Source: Tubiluchus corallicola
Lineage: Eukaryota > Animalia > Priapulida
DNA length: 64,000 nt
Reading direction: 5' to 3'
Assembly (NCBI GenBank): GCA_030141605.1
Contig: JAQGDQ010000115.1
Coordinates: forward strand, 542,707-606,706
Part shown: positions 1 to 15,557 of the stretch, in pieces
Position numbering within the stretch: position 1 is the first letter of the stretch
Layout of the letters: every line of letters starts with the position of its first letter
Position numbers and translations under genes: made by a program
The notes under the pieces: model-generated
Databases searched by the model: none
What the model was told of the DNA's origin: nothing
What the model saw: the letters and a program-made list of their open reading frames with translations, nothing else

Positions 1-1767
1 TTGCAAAATAGACTTCGTTGCCTGCCCTGTAGGTCTATGATAATTTTTTTCTTGGTTAACTTAGATAAATAAAATGACAACAACAGCCAAGGAAAACACA
101 GTCCTTTACAGTGGCTGTTGTAACTATGTTAGTTATCTTAATGTTAATATTTCCAAGTTACAGATCTATTACTGACGTAGGTTAAGTTAGTACACCATGT
201 CAAAACGGACTAACAAAATTATGGCTGCATACTGCCATTGAGTGAGCAAAAGACCTGAAATTTTCAAACTTTGAAAAAAATCAGAGTTAGAAAAGAAAAG
301 AAAGACTAACTTTTTGAAGCAATTTACCCAACATTGGTTATTTTAAGCATAGTTTATAATTTATTTGGCTTAAATGAAACAGTTCATTATAACTGATATG
401 CTGATGTACAATTTAAGTGAATAAATACAATGTACAATCTACTGAACACAAATAATGTACAATTTAAGATTTACATTTGAAATTAATAGGATCGGCATAG
501 TACTGTATCATTGAATATAACGAAACGTGACTACACAACATAGACAACATACACAGTATATACAATATGGAAAAAAAGAATAATAAATAAAACATTATCT
601 CAGAAGATTAGTTAAAAATTATTAGATTCGAAGACGCTTTGTCCAAACAATAATACGCTGAAAGTTTATTAGATGAAGCAGCAAGTTCATCTCACAGCTG
701 CGTTCCCGCGAAGAAGAAGATTTCTAATATCATCTGACAACTCATGTATATTTATATTATAATTATTAGAGACTGATAATAATTATCATGGTTTTGTCGA
801 GTGTCAGTGCGCTAGGCAGGTTAAAAAGAGGGCATGTTAGCAAAAAATGTTCATGTGTCTCAAAAAGGAAGAGGCCCTGCAATGTTTTAAGACACGAGAC
901 CCACTACTATTAACACAGCCCCTAGGAAATAAGTTAAAATTCAGCTGATTAAATTCAACACGCATGCGCATGAGATGGATTGTGATGGAGCTAACATTGG
1001 TTAAAGGTCGATATATTTCGTGAGGTTTCGGATGGTACACACTCCGGATTTCAGCGATGGTCCGCTATTGCGGTAGGGCTTCCGTCACGGCGGAGGTGCG
1101 CCCATGGAGTGTGCAACATAAACAAGAAACCCTGCGCAGCAATAATCGCCACCAGTGGTGCTTTATAACAAGCTGATGCTGCTCGACAGACTCATCAGAA
1201 CGGCACCACAGACAAAGACGAGGCATAACATCTCGACACATGGCACACACATGGACTACTCTCACCCTGGAAAGGGAAGATGGGATAAACCCTTTTAGAA
1301 AGAGAAACCAATAGCGGTGTAATCTTATGGTGTAAACAAGTTGTGACGTCATTTCTGTAAGGAATTTGCGCCTCCAAGCAGGGTGCAATAAAAAAAGCGT
1401 TATTGCGCGCCATTCCCACGGTAGACAAAGCAACGCGGGTACCTCGGCTAGTTCCATAAACTTCGTTCGCAAGCAGCTGATACGCCTGCGTTGATATTTA
1501 TAGCTGGCTTCCCAGTAAGGAGATGGAGGCGTCATTGGCGTAAACTGCCTCAGAGGCGAAAAATAAACAAATACTATAAATCAGCTGCACTTGCAACAAC
1601 TGGCGTTTACGCTAGTTTAAAGTAACTTGAATGATTTAGATGCTCGTTAATTAGGCTGTTTTTCCACATGATTTTCTTCTTGTGATGACTGCATGTATAC
1701 AGCAGATGCTGTCTATAAAACACGATCCCGCCAAAATTGTTTTAGAAAGCAGAGGCTAATTTTACAC

Positions 1768-1945
<178 letters not shown>

Positions 1946-3599
1946 CTCTCACTTCTTTTTCCCCTGTACATTTGTAAAGCAAAAACTTGCTGTAACCCAA
2001 AAAAGGCACTAATTTATCAAACGTTTGCTGATAATATTTTGAACAATAATATGAATATTTTTAGACTGAAAGCTACAACACCTTGTGTTAGTTTGATAGT
2101 AATTTCTGAAGATGGCAGCACTAGTGATTGGGGCACATGTCTATGCTGGTACCAATCGTTGTTCCGGAAGTGTTTACAAGCGTTTTGGGCTTGCAGCTAT
2201 TTAATATTCACAGCAAATTAAGCACAACAACATTAGCCCATAAAAAACGTCGTTACAGTACCAGGAGTAAAATTTATTCCTGTCTGACTCCCGTCAGTCC
2301 ACTCAAAACATGCAAATTTTCCCCAACACTTTGTTACTGATGACTGTGACGAGGCCTATTCAAATCACATTGGTATAATCAATCTACTGCAAAAATTAGG
2401 TCGGGACTCGGTTTTAAATGCACAAGTCTGTAAACGCCTGTCTAGAGTCCTCTACACAAGTTAAGCATTCGATCTTGTGTTATAGCCCATTCCTATCAGT
2501 ATACAAACAATATAAGCAGCGCGATCTTTCAGCCTATTTTGTTTCCGAAAATATGCGCCCTAAGGAAAACTGAACAAAACAGTGGGATAAACACAGCAGG
2601 ATTCGGGCAAAAACACAAAACTCAAACCGCCATTCCTTCAGCTGGTATACTGTACTGGTGTGGTACAGTAGACAAGGTAGCACGTTGTACCATCTTATTC
2701 ATGTCAGAAATAAGATCTTTGGCCTGCAAAGATAGAACCAAACAGTTTAACTCCTGGACATGATCCTTTGGGGACAGTTAAACAAGTGATTATTGGAAGA
2801 ATGTTCTGTTGGGTGTGCGAGTTTCATTTGACAACTAAGATACAGAAAATTATGTTTATTGGAATTATCACCCAAGAACTCTAGGCCTAAAAGGGGAAGT
2901 AGCTAGTCTCCTAATTTTTCTAACAGAGGAGCCATAATGTTAAGCAGCAACAGCTGTAAATTAAAGCTCTTTTAGGAACACTAACATTACAATGATTTTT
3001 AACGACGAAAATTTGGACCGCAAATCATCAAATTTACAAGAAAGTACAAATAATCTGTAAAACAGTTCACAGCGGATAACTAAAGCGTGTTTTTCATGTA
3101 TTCATTGTGAAACTCCTTATTTATTATTTCAAGTAAAATATTTGATTCTGCCAAATAAAAAAAACCTGCTAGCGAGCTGCATGTGGCCTCCTGTTGTTTC
3201 AATGCACCTTTGGCGCGTGCGTACTTCTTCACTTGCCATCACAATCATAATTTTTGCGAGTCACTAAAGCGGCATAAAATCTGACGCAGCATTTGTAGCC
3301 TGGTTTGACGTAAACTGCAAGCACGCAATGCTAAATTGATAGGATTTGGTTGTGTTCAGTGATTTATCGTTTGATGTGTGTGTTTTACTAACAAGCGCGG
3401 ACTGTAATCGCAATCATTTGTCTCAGCATCAGTCACCCTTGCAGATGTTTGAAGCCAAGTAATGTATGAGAGTTGCGAAAAGGTTCCCGTGCGCCATCTG
3501 TTAGCAAAAATGTAACTCTTTTTGGTACGCTTCAGAGTCTGTATAAATTAATAATGCAATTATTGTAAATAGTGGAATGTAAGAACAAAAAAAATGCAA

Positions 3600-4360
<761 letters not shown>

Positions 4361-4824
4361 AAACATTTTTAACCACCAAAATGCAATGTTTTCTTATTAT
4401 AAATCAGCGAGTAGTTGTTGCTTTGCACTTCTAAACCTAGAAATGAAATCAGAACCAGTTTCACTCAGTGACATGAAGAAATTTAACCAAATCCCTTTTT
4501 TCTCCTGAAACTAATTCAGTCTGCGGACGACGTACTGAAATGAAAGACTTGTGGATTCGGAAATCGATATGACTGAATTGAAAACTCCTTCAACAAGACA
4601 TGCTTCTATACATTAAGTATAGGCCTAGTGATTGATCGTGAAGTCTGCAACGCCTATCAAATTATTCTATTTTTTTACTGTTACTGTCCCCAGTGCAGAC
4701 AGCAACTCCAGGTTAAAAGCATTCGGTGTAACACGATTAGTCTGTAAAATCCACAGTTGGTTTTGGATGCCCCTGCAATTTTTGAATAAAAGTGAAATTG
4801 TGATGGTTTTGGCTATGGCGATGA

Positions 4825-5074
4825 CAAAGAAAGATAAAGAAAAAGACCAAAAAAAACAAAAGAAACAGTAAAAGGGAAAACAGAAAGAAAATGGTAAGAA
4901 GGAAACAAAAGAAAGAACAAAAGACATGAAATTAGCAAGAAAAAAAGTCAAAAAACGAACAAGAAAGAAAGAGAAAGAAAGAAAAAATTAGAAGAAAAGA
5001 ATGAAAAAAGAAATAGTGGATGGAAAAAGAAGCACCTTAGGAAGAAAGAAAGACGAAAAGAAGAAGGAAGAGGA

Positions 5075-5128
<54 letters not shown>

Positions 5129-5148
5129 TTAGGCAGAAGAAAAAGAAG
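4825..5148. repeat. A/G-rich low-complexity tract ending in (AG)n
   Basis: Directly visible. Confidence 0.9.
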
Positions 5149-6008
5149 ACAGCAGGTGTCGTAAACGTCAACTTGTATTATTTCTACAGGACTCTATTGA
5201 AGGAGTGTCACCAAGGACTCTGACTGGCCTTTTTCATTTATAAATTTATAGTTCTCACCAACTGTTTTCCACCATTAATTTATAGTTTTAAAAATAAATT
5301 ATAGCTCTGTAACCCCCGAATTACTTATAAAATAAATTAGTTATTAATTATTGCTCTAGCAAACTAACATCTGGAATGTTGATTTGATTGATAAGTGACT
5401 AAAGTTGTAATCAGGCCTGTTGTAATCACAGTGGCCTGTGTGGCCTATCTGGGGCTTGCAGTCCAAAAATCCGTGTTCAAACTCAACTCAGACCCCACTT
5501 TTTCACTTTCCTTCTTTCGGTAAAAATCTTGGTATGAAGAATATGTAAGATCGGGTTCATTGCATAAAATTCAGGTTATAGCTGCTCTTTATTATCAAAA
5601 TACGACATTTGAAATTCGTAACGAAAATATCAGCCTTTCTTGCCAGACCTAATTCAGCAACACATTCAATATTATTTTTCACCTGGATTGAATAATTACA
5701 CGCGGTTACGTGTTACGTTCGTTTTCTGCATGAAATGCATGAAATTACACCATCGATTATTGCTTCTTGTGCAATGCACGCAACCACTGGCTGACTAATC
5801 ATGCTAATGATTGCTATTCATTTTTATTAAATAAAAAATATTTACGCGATACACGCACATACGCAGAAAATTAGATTTTACAGGGACAACATGCTTTAAA
5901 ATCATACTTTGTTTTTGTTTAGTTTCAATTGCTCAACTATTGTAAGTATTTAATTTACTGATACCACCTAATGTATTTCAATTTCAATTAGTATGGTTGA
6001 AAGGAATG

Positions 6009-6198
6009 TACGTAAAATGGCACAGGTAAAAATGGCACTAATGGAAAAGTAGGAAAAATAGCACAAGAAAAATGGCACAAATGAAAAAGTAGGTAAAAGT
6101 GACACGGTAAAAATAGCGCAAATGGAAGAGTAGGTAAAAATGGCATAGTTAACAATGGTACAGTTACGAATGTACGTGCTTAGGGTTAGGTTTAGGGT
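6009..6198. repeat. Short AAAATGGCAC / AAAAGTAGG(T)AAAA repeats followed by TAGGGTTAGGTTTAGGG, probable DNA-transposon end remnant
   Basis: Repeated motifs are visible; the transposon origin is inference and no partner end was found. Confidence 0.45.
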
Positions 6199-7007
6199 AT
6201 AATTACTTTAGTTATTTTTACCTCTGCCAAGGAAGTGATGCTTCAACACAGTTTGCTTGTTTGTCCATCCATTTTGTTGATTTTGTTTGTTATGGCAGCA
6301 GACCTATTAAGCAAAGACTATCTAACAGATTCCTAAGAAACTGTGTGAAGAAAGGTGGTTATAGATTGCCAAAATGGGAATTTTTCGCCGGTTCTTTTTT
6401 CGCAAGACTTGATCGAACACCACGTACAAAAAACATTCGTGAAGCACTTCGTGAAGGTCTCAGAGGGAGTATCTAGTACTTCTTTTTTATTATGTGAACT
6501 TAAAAACTTTGTGAACAGGAGGTCAGCTAGTGCTGACGTCACGTGCGAACATAATTTTTAACGGCACAAATATTTCATGAGCATGTTGCACGTGTTTGCG
6601 AAAAACAATTTTGCAGTGCTACTGCACAGTACTGACTATGATTTGTATCACCAACTTGGCAGGTTTAAAAGGTTTCAAGTTTACCGCTCCAACACATAAG
6701 CTCTCGAACGTGTGTGCCACATCATAATTGCACTGTGAGGTTCAGCGCCTGTATTTTGTGCAACGCGTTTCTAACTAGTGCCCATCTAACTAGCGAACGG
6801 CAAAACACTAGCTGCACGCGAAATTGAGTTTCTGCGGTAATAAGACTTTCACGTAAGTTATTCTTAATAAGAGAATAAATCCCTTTCAATATTTTAAAAG
6901 TTAAATTGTTTTAAGCTATAGTTTAAGACTGAGTCCTGTTTTCTTTTTAACCACCTTTTTATCCATACGTTTTAGTTTTTCCCAATCATTTTTACTTGTT
7001 CGTTTGT

Positions 7008-7156
7008 TCATCACTCACTCACTCCTCACTCACTCACTCACTCACTCACTCGTTCGTTCGTTCGTTCGTTCGTTCGTTCATTCATTCATTCATTCATTCA
7101 TTCATTCATTCATTCATTCATTCATTCATTCATTCATTCATTCATTCATTCATTCA
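7008..7156. repeat. Compound tetranucleotide microsatellite (TCAC)n-(TTCG)n-(TTCA)n
   Basis: Directly visible. Confidence 0.96.
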
Positions 7157-8608
7157 TGCTTTTATTCGTTTATTTGTACTCATATAGTATTTATTTCATC
7201 CGTTTAGCTTATTTTTCAAGTGACTTCAACTTTTTACTCACTCCTTATCCCTTTCTGCTTTTTATTCCTACATTCTTCTTCTCCTCTTCCTTTTCTGCAC
7301 GTTGTTTTCATCGACATTTCATTAAGTTTTGTTTGCGTCTAATAGACAAGACGACATTCGATCCAGCGCGCTAAATTTTTTCACTGATGTACGTTGATTG
7401 ATGCAGTTCAATGAATACATTAACATTTTGGCCTGAAGCTTTAGTGTTAGCTATAAGCACGCTTGTTATTTTGCATGTTAAAAACCTGCGTGAATATCTA
7501 GTAGTAGTAGTAACCTTTAATTAAAACCAGCTTTAAATTTAACAGACAACAGATTTTGGAGAATGCTACTAGATTTCACTTGCTTTCTGGTAAATACTCT
7601 TATTGTCCAAACTTGCATTTGTAGGAAGTGTCCAATATTCCCAATATTCCCTAAATTCCATAATACAAAAGGTGTTGTTCCAAATATGCCGTGTGCCCAG
7701 AAGTATCTATGGCCAGTAGGCCTCGTGTCGAAATATGACCATACGTATCTATGTATTAGTATATCTAGTTTGGTATGCATTAGCTAAAACAGAACCAGCC
7801 ATTGATTTCAAGTAACCTACAATCATGTCTCCATCTCTGCCCTAATGCTAATTTCGATTAGACACTTATAGTCATGACGTCACTAGAGTCCGGCTGATTT
7901 CCATTTGGGATTACTGTGTGCCCGCCCCTCATAGAGGTCTTTGTGACTCACATTCCTATCTCGTCATTTACATGTCTAATACTAATCAATTGAGTGAGTA
8001 CTTCACTTGGTTCAGATTCTATAGCAGTAGCCTTAACAAACGACAATCAATGCTGGTCAAAACTCGATCGTATAAATATCTATACGAATTGTTCCTACAA
8101 GAGAGCATGCGGAAACGTAAAATTCAGGATGTGAAAAGATTTCGCGCGTGGCATTAGCAATTGGGGGACTGCAACATGACCCTGTTGAATGTGTCACAAT
8201 TGCAGCACCACGTTTATTATTACACCGCTAAATTAAATTAAATCACCGCTAATTAAATTATATTCTTTTCTCTGGATTACATAGAAAATGTCATAATTTT
8301 AAAAATTACTAATGTTTCCTAAATTAAACTGATAACATTAATGCCAACCAGTGTCTAAAAAAATCTTTTTATCTATATTCGGTCAAGGATAGCAGGCTAG
8401 GTGATTTTATAGTCTTTTCGTTATCCTTTCTCTAGTTCTAGCTCTATCTATATATTTTAGCCATTTTTCAAAATTTATTAGAGATTCTTTTATTAATCAT
8501 GTTTTATTGTAACAGTATAAAGAGATAAATAAATTGAAATTGAATTGAATTTATAAAAAAGCCATCGGGTGATCCAAAACAATTAAAGTAATATATATTC
8601 TTACTAAG

Positions 8609-8698
8609 AAGCAGCAGCAGTAGTAATAAAAGCAGCAATAGTAACAGTATCAGAAGCAGCAACAGCAGCAGCAGCAGCAGCAGCCAGCAGTAGTAGCA
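8609..8698. repeat. Degenerate (CAG/TAG)n trinucleotide repeat
   Basis: Directly visible; explains the poly-Leu pseudo-ORF. Confidence 0.85.
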
Positions 8699-10568
8699 CG
8701 TTAATTGTTCGTGGAACCACATGTTATGCATCAACGGCTGTCAGATTCGAGTATTTTTCGTAATTTTCCCAATGAAATTGAAGACAACGAATGCCAAATT
8801 TAAAAAAACAGTGACGAGAGTACTCAGAAGTTTTAGAAAGGCAACATTTAAGACTGGTGCAGTAACTTTCTACGTTTTGAATCTCAAAGCATGATCACAG
8901 AGCAGAATTTGTTTACAACACACGGTCATGTTTGAATTTTATTCTTTTCCTCTTTTATTCAAATTTACCTATCGACGACTGTTCTACCACATAAAATGTA
9001 ATAAATGTTGTCAAACGTAAAATACAAGACTTGTTATAAACAAAACCTCAATAAAATGTGGTTCTAATTAGGAAATCGTATGATTTACGATGAGTTCTTT
9101 GGGGTAAAAGGTGTTTAATTTTGGTGTGTAATGCTTACGTCACATAATAAAAATGTCATTGGTAGGCAGGAGATATATTCCCACGCTTAGTTGTAAATAT
9201 TCCTGGTGACGTTTTGTAATATCTAAATAAGCTTTCAATAAATGACAGCGACTAATATATGTAACTGGAAATAATGAGATATGCAAATTTATTATGCTAC
9301 TGAGGCTGACGAGTATTTGCTATTACTGCTTAAGTTGTTTTAAACCTGCAGATGGCAGCACGTCTGCAAACATGTAAACAGCGGAAATTGAATTTCGTGA
9401 ACCAGATTTCCTAATTGGAGTGCCTCATCCGACTCATTCCATTAGCAATAAGTGACCCAGCTGCACAGAGTCAGATGGGACAATGGTTCTAGCAAATTAT
9501 ACATACATTTTGTCTCTCTGGTGGGCAGATAAGAATATTCATTGATTGTGCAAAATCGTTTTCAGTACACTTCAGATTATTGACTAGGGATAATTTAGGG
9601 AAAACACATAATTTCAGAGAGTAGGTCTAACATTATTTGGCCTTCAGAGATCAAGTTTCTTTGCACAGATAATTAGTAATTATTGATAGTTTATTACACT
9701 AAGAACTAGTTTACCCATATATTGTATTGCTTGACTCGTTTATTTAGAGTATGCTTATGCTGAAGTCTGAACTCACGATAACAGCAACAAGACGTGTAGT
9801 GGTATCTTATGTAGCATTTTTTCGTTCCATGGAAAACTTGTGCGGTTTGTGATGTAAGTTCAAAATTCAAGATGGCTTTCAAGATGGCTGCCGACTGTTC
9901 AAACTTCAATATTCTTGCTTCCAATTAAGTAACACTAATCGTTCAGACGTCTAGGTATAGTAACTGTTAATGCTCATAAACGGATGAAACATCCCCTTGG
10001 TTAAGTCCCGCTCCCTATCCCGCTCCATATCCCGTATTCTAGGGTGTGTATATAACTGACGCAGCTGCAGTTTCAAGGACTGCACCATTTGTGGATCAAT
10101 GAAGGATCTCGATCTAGTTTGTTCGTATTGATGGTTATTTTTGGAATGAGGGCTACAGTTAGGGTGGCGAAAAATCTCCAAAAATCGAAATTTTTGGCGC
10201 ATTCCATTCCACAAAACTTGTAATCCTTCGTTTCGGATGTCTGACTGTTACGTCCTTAGTTTGAGAACGGAAACGTGCCTGGGGGTCGTGCCAGTAATGT
10301 TGCGCAGCCTATTCAGTAGTGGGTGTAGTCGGCTATGGTATCGGGCAAGCGGCGCTTTCCCCAAACACATCTGCCCAAATTTTACCAAAAAGCACAAACA
10401 GTCTTAAGGAAAATTCATTAGTGCAACTGTTTGGGGGACTTGGGAAAGATGCACTACCGAAAAGAGGAAGAAAAATGATATAAGATGATACAGCCCAGAG
10501 CTGCACGTTATTTGGAACATCTATGAAATCTTCTTTGGCTTTGAGAAATTGCGTGGCTGTTCTGAGCA

Positions 10569-10945
10569 CAGGGCAGATTAATCTATAGGCTAGTATAGGC
10601 TGTAGTCTAGGGCTCTTTGAAGCTTAAGGGGCCCTGCTAAAAGATTTTCATATGTAATTTTTTTAAAAAGTGAGTACAATATTTTAATATTTTGCATTAC
10701 TGAATAATTCATTTAACCTGAAATAAAATTTCGACTATAAAAAAAGTGGCCCCTTATGAGATAAAGGACCCCTATGTGAGGCTCTTAATTTGAGAAAAAT
10801 GGCCCTTGTTTGAAGCGCTGTTTGCAATAAGCTATTTAAATGTCGCTAAAATAGATTACGAGTAAAAATATTCAAGACGGGTGCGGACCAGTTAGAGGGT
10901 GGTTTCATTAGCCTAGGGACCCTAAAAAGTCATAATCCGGCCTTG
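10569..10945. mobile_element. Degenerate MITE (hAT-like termini), copy 1
   Basis: Left end CAGGGCAGATTA; reverse complement of right end CAAGGCCGGATTA. Both end regions align by eye with 30826-31141. No TSD retained. Confidence 0.6.
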
Positions 10946-12812
10946 GCCGCCCATTATGTCATCAGTATGTGTTAGCGTGTTACTGAAAAGTAATAAAGAA
11001 AGACTATGTAAAATGTCATGTATTGTTGATCATTGATGGATGGGTCTAATAGAGTTTTTCATTGTAATATAGTTTAGGCAACTTGCGCAAAATGTTATTG
11101 CATGGTTTCGCTAAGTTGATGTTGTCATTCTTATTCTCATGATCAAAGGTGTGGTGTGATGTGCTGTGGTGTGGCGTGATGTAATGAAGGTTATTTTTGT
11201 GGTGTGGCGTGCATTCTTGATGTGGTGTGGTGTGTGTTGTTTATGTGGAACTTAGCACAAAACTCGCAAAGTTTGGCTAGATGGTTGGTAGGGTATGGGG
11301 CTTAAGCAAAGGATATTTCACTATGAGCTTTATTCATTTATGGACACTATTAGGTATTATAACTAGACATCTGAGCGATTAATTTCACTTAATTAGTAGC
11401 AAGAATATAAAAGTTTGAACAGTCGGTAGCCGTCTTGAATTTGTGAAATTCAAGAATTTTTAATTTTGAACTTAAATTTGTTTATAAAAGTGACACCATA
11501 CTTTTTTAAATGATATAAGATTTAAAATATGAAGTTTACCATACTTTAAAATGATATATATGGTATAAAAAAAAATAACGTGAATTTCTCACGACATTAC
11601 CCAAGCCGCTGCATTAATAAGTTTATTGTTCCAAAACAACATGGAAAAAAGTCCCTAAATCTATCTTCCAGTATGCTGCATATATATCGATAAGCCCGGG
11701 TGCCAAAATACTAGTCTTAATTAAGTGCAAAATGTGCAAATGCTTATCCTATAGTACTAAACCGGTAGAATGAAATTGATAATAATCTAAAGGTTAAAAA
11801 TAATGAAAGACTAAATGTATGTTCTTACTGGATAAGAAATCAGTTCTTTGTAAGTAGAGCTTCTTCAAAAGAATAGAATTTCGCTGATGTCATTATCATG
11901 TTGTGCTATCAAGCGCAGCATGATACAAAGCCACCGCGCAATTATGCGCTCTTCATACGGCGTGCATACTAATAAACCAATGAAAGAGACCATCTCTTGA
12001 AAATAATGAGACAGAACTCGCTGATGCTTCATTGCAAATAGCTCTGGCTCTTTCATTAACCAGTATAACTGCTAATATCTGGCAGAGCATTCTCAGGTCA
12101 AATGGTTAGCTAGTAATGCAATGTTCAGCTGGTTAAAGACAAACATTATGTGGCAGAAAATACCGGTAGGTAAAACTTGTAATTATCTTCAACGAGGCCA
12201 GGCCATCACACAAAGCTCGTAATAGCCAGGTTTACGTGGCGACTTAATGCGTTGAGCAACCATCATGGGACAATAAAAGAGTTGCGCAATAAATTGGCTT
12301 CCCTGCCTTCCTTTCTTCGGAATAAAATTCTCATTCTGCTCACGTGGTCAATGACAACGTGGCGATGGTTTCTTGTCGAAAGATGATGCAACATGACCAG
12401 CGATTAATTCTGACCAAAAGTTCGTATAGTTTGTTACAATTACGTCTATAATCGTATTTTTATCCAGAAGAGCTTACAAGCCCTACAAGCCATATAACAT
12501 CATCTGAAATTGGCTTTAATGCAGATAGAACTTTGCTACAATAACTGACGAGAAAGAAAAGCAAGTTACAGGCTAGCAACTTGAAATGCTTGCCTTATGT
12601 TCACGATCAGATCAAGGTCGAAATTAAACAAAAAAATGAAAGAAAAATGAAAGACCATCCCGATCCTTATAAATCACTTTATAAGGATTTTCAATGAACA
12701 GCTGATATGATGCTATCGAACAATCTTTAATGGTCTATTTTTTTTCATCAGCACTTAGTTTCTGTTGTGTCGTTTATTGCAATCATTTTCTAAAGATAGT
12801 AACACTAAATGG

Positions 12813-12912
<100 letters not shown>

Positions 12913-13059
12913 CCTCTGATGTTAGTCTCAGTTACACAGTATCAGTAGATTATGGTCTTCCTGAGTTATATTATTGGTTCTTAGAATTGGCCATTATAAG
13001 ACTTGCCTTATAAAGCGCCATTTACAACATCTTAATTTAGAATAACTCGAAACTTCACT

Positions 13060-13483
13060 CATAATAATGACGTAACAGATATAGGCGACGATGATTGTGA
13101 TATGACGATGATAATAGCGACAAAGGTGATGAATGATAATGATGAGATGACTATAATTATGTCGACAATGATCAGTATGAGAATGATGAGGATAATGATG
13201 ATAAATGTGGCAACAATGATGATGATGGTGGTGGTGAGGATAACAGAGGGCGACGACTGTGCTGATGAAGATGATGCCAGTGTTATAGATGGAGGTTGTT
13301 CAAGGGATGATTGTATTGAAGGTGGTTATCTGACAGTTCAATGGTGGGTGGTGTTGGTGCTGGATGACTGCAAGTGGCTGTTGCCGGACGTAGCTTGTGG
13401 TAATTAGTGACACCAGTGTCGCGGGTAACAATGATAATGACGACAACAACACAGCAACGACACAAAGTGCTGACGACGATAAT
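13060..13483. repeat. Degenerate (GAT/GGT/GAC)n low-complexity tract
   Basis: Directly visible trinucleotide-rich sequence. Confidence 0.75.
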
Positions 13484-14304
13484 TGCAGAATGCCATCTCT
13501 AACAAGAACTTCCCACGTCGTTCTCGTAACGCGATCGCGATGCATGACTTCGAGTCGGCAACGAACGGAAATAATAAATTGTTGAAAAGTGGAAATTTGT
13601 CACGTCGCCCTGACAGTAAATGGCAGAGATATTATTATATTCCGTTATTACATAACAATGTTTAGCGGTCCGCCGAGAATTCGCTTCGAGTCGGTAGAAA
13701 TGTTGTAACTTTAGTGGAAAGACAAATTGTAATTCATCCAACTGTCGTTATTGCAGGTGGATAATATTGGCATTTTACGCTGAGATAAAAAAACCGAAAC
13801 TGAAAAAAATCACATTTTAAGGAATCTGAGTAAAAACGTTACGGCAATTCTAATGAGAGTGTTAGGTAATTAGGAACGCTGGCTTTTTAGCATCTATTTG
13901 GTGACGCACGTACATTTATTTACTATTAAAAACAAAAATGGACTTATGTAGGAACTTAGAATGCCAAAAGTCACACGCTGCATCATAAAATTAAAATTGA
14001 AAAATCTTCTGCCCGTTGAAATGGCGAAATTAATCGGTTTATGGATTTTCGGAAGATCCACTCGGCAAAATTAAAATGGAAGGCTGTAAGCCAAAAGTAC
14101 ACATAGTGGAGACCGGTATGCGATTTTTTGTTAGTTCATTTAAACACTGTGATAAAAAGCTAGGCTATAAAGTTTAATTATATAAAATCAGTGCTGAAAA
14201 TCATTTGTTAAGCCTATAGAAATTGTCTGTAAATTGGAAATTTTAACTTTGATTTGAATCTACTACAAGTCACTAGCAGTGCAAAGGTGGTTCTAAGGCA
14301 TTTA

Positions 14305-14477
14305 GGCAGTGGACATTTGGACAGGTCACATAAACAGTGGACACTTGGGACCCGGGAAAGTGTATATCTGGGCAGTGTGTCCACCGCCGAAGTACTCATT
14401 GCCCAAGTAAGTCTGCCCAATTATCCAAGTGCCACTGCTGTAATCTTCACTGCCCAAATTTTTTAATGTCCACTGCC
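14305..14477. mobile_element. Small foldback/MITE-like inverted-repeat element
   Basis: Perfect 13-bp inverted repeat GGCAGTGGACATT (14305-14317) / AATGTCCACTGCC (14465-14477), with internal GGCAG/CTGCCCAA sub-repeats. Confidence 0.6.
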
Positions 14478-15557
14478 CAAGTGAATGTGATTGGCAAATA
14501 CACCTCAATGAAACCAACAAGGGAAATCTTTGACTTATAAGTAATTAGACGAAGTGGGATAACAGAACTACTGCCAGAGAGAAAATCGACACATGTAACA
14601 ATACTAAACCTAAATGACACAAAAACGAAGCAAATTACTGAATTGTATTTAATTAGAACAGATTACAGTCTTAGCATACGTTTGTAATGGCCACCATCTT
14701 AGTGACTTAACTTCCAGTCATTTTGTTTTAGTTTATCCATTAGTTTAACGAGCTGTAAAAGTCGGATTTCAAGTAATAAAATGTTGGTGACTCTAATCGG
14801 AGACATTGCTTGCGTTCTCCCGGGTAGTGCGTGAAACGAAGCTGCTCCTTTGTACGTTTTTGTTGCGTGAAGAAAAGCCCAGGGAGGTTATGATGGCATT
14901 TTCAACGCAAAATAGTGTGTGTAATTAGCCTCTTTTCACGTTCGTCATGGTATCCACTTATAAAAGTGCATATGCATACATGTGTCAAAAAAATTTCTTT
15001 TTAAAAACAAGGCCTGCAACAAGCGTTCACGTAATTGCTTGATACGGCCATTATTATTATTTAAGCACCGTTGGATTACAAAATACAATCAAATGATAAT
15101 CAAAACATAACGCTATAGTCTTACGTTTCATTCAAAAGATACATTTATCACAGTTCATTTTAGTAATGTATGTACTGATCTACAGTTCTGCAACTAATCA
15201 TTTCAATCGTTTTTATTATGCAAAGTATAATTCTCTGTGTGCATGCGAATGCCGCTTGGCTTATAGGGTAAATAAGTGCTGAATTCACACCGAACATTAA
15301 TATTAGTTATCAGTTTAAATAAAATGATGTGGACGTCTAAATTGCCTTACATCGTTTACATGATGCTAAAGTAGAATGTGGCTGTAACTTTGCATTGTAA
15401 TGATTATTCAAAATGCTTTTCTGTAGTAACCGTTTCTATGCATTTGCAGCCTGGTATTTAAATTCGCAGTAGCTCAACCGTTTGATATCAACCCAGTTCT
15501 ATTTGTATGTGACAAATCTTTGTGGCATACGAACCATGGCGGGCATGAACAGCCATA

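Noticed and set aside
1065-1535. 156-aa minus-strand ORF
   Set aside because: No recognisable motif or convincing splice context.
5430-5500. tRNA-like sequence with a GTTCAAAC B-box
   Set aside because: No complete cloverleaf; at most a decayed SINE head.
6179-6198. TTAGGG-like motif as an interstitial telomere
   Set aside because: Only about three imperfect units, next to transposon-like subterminal repeats.
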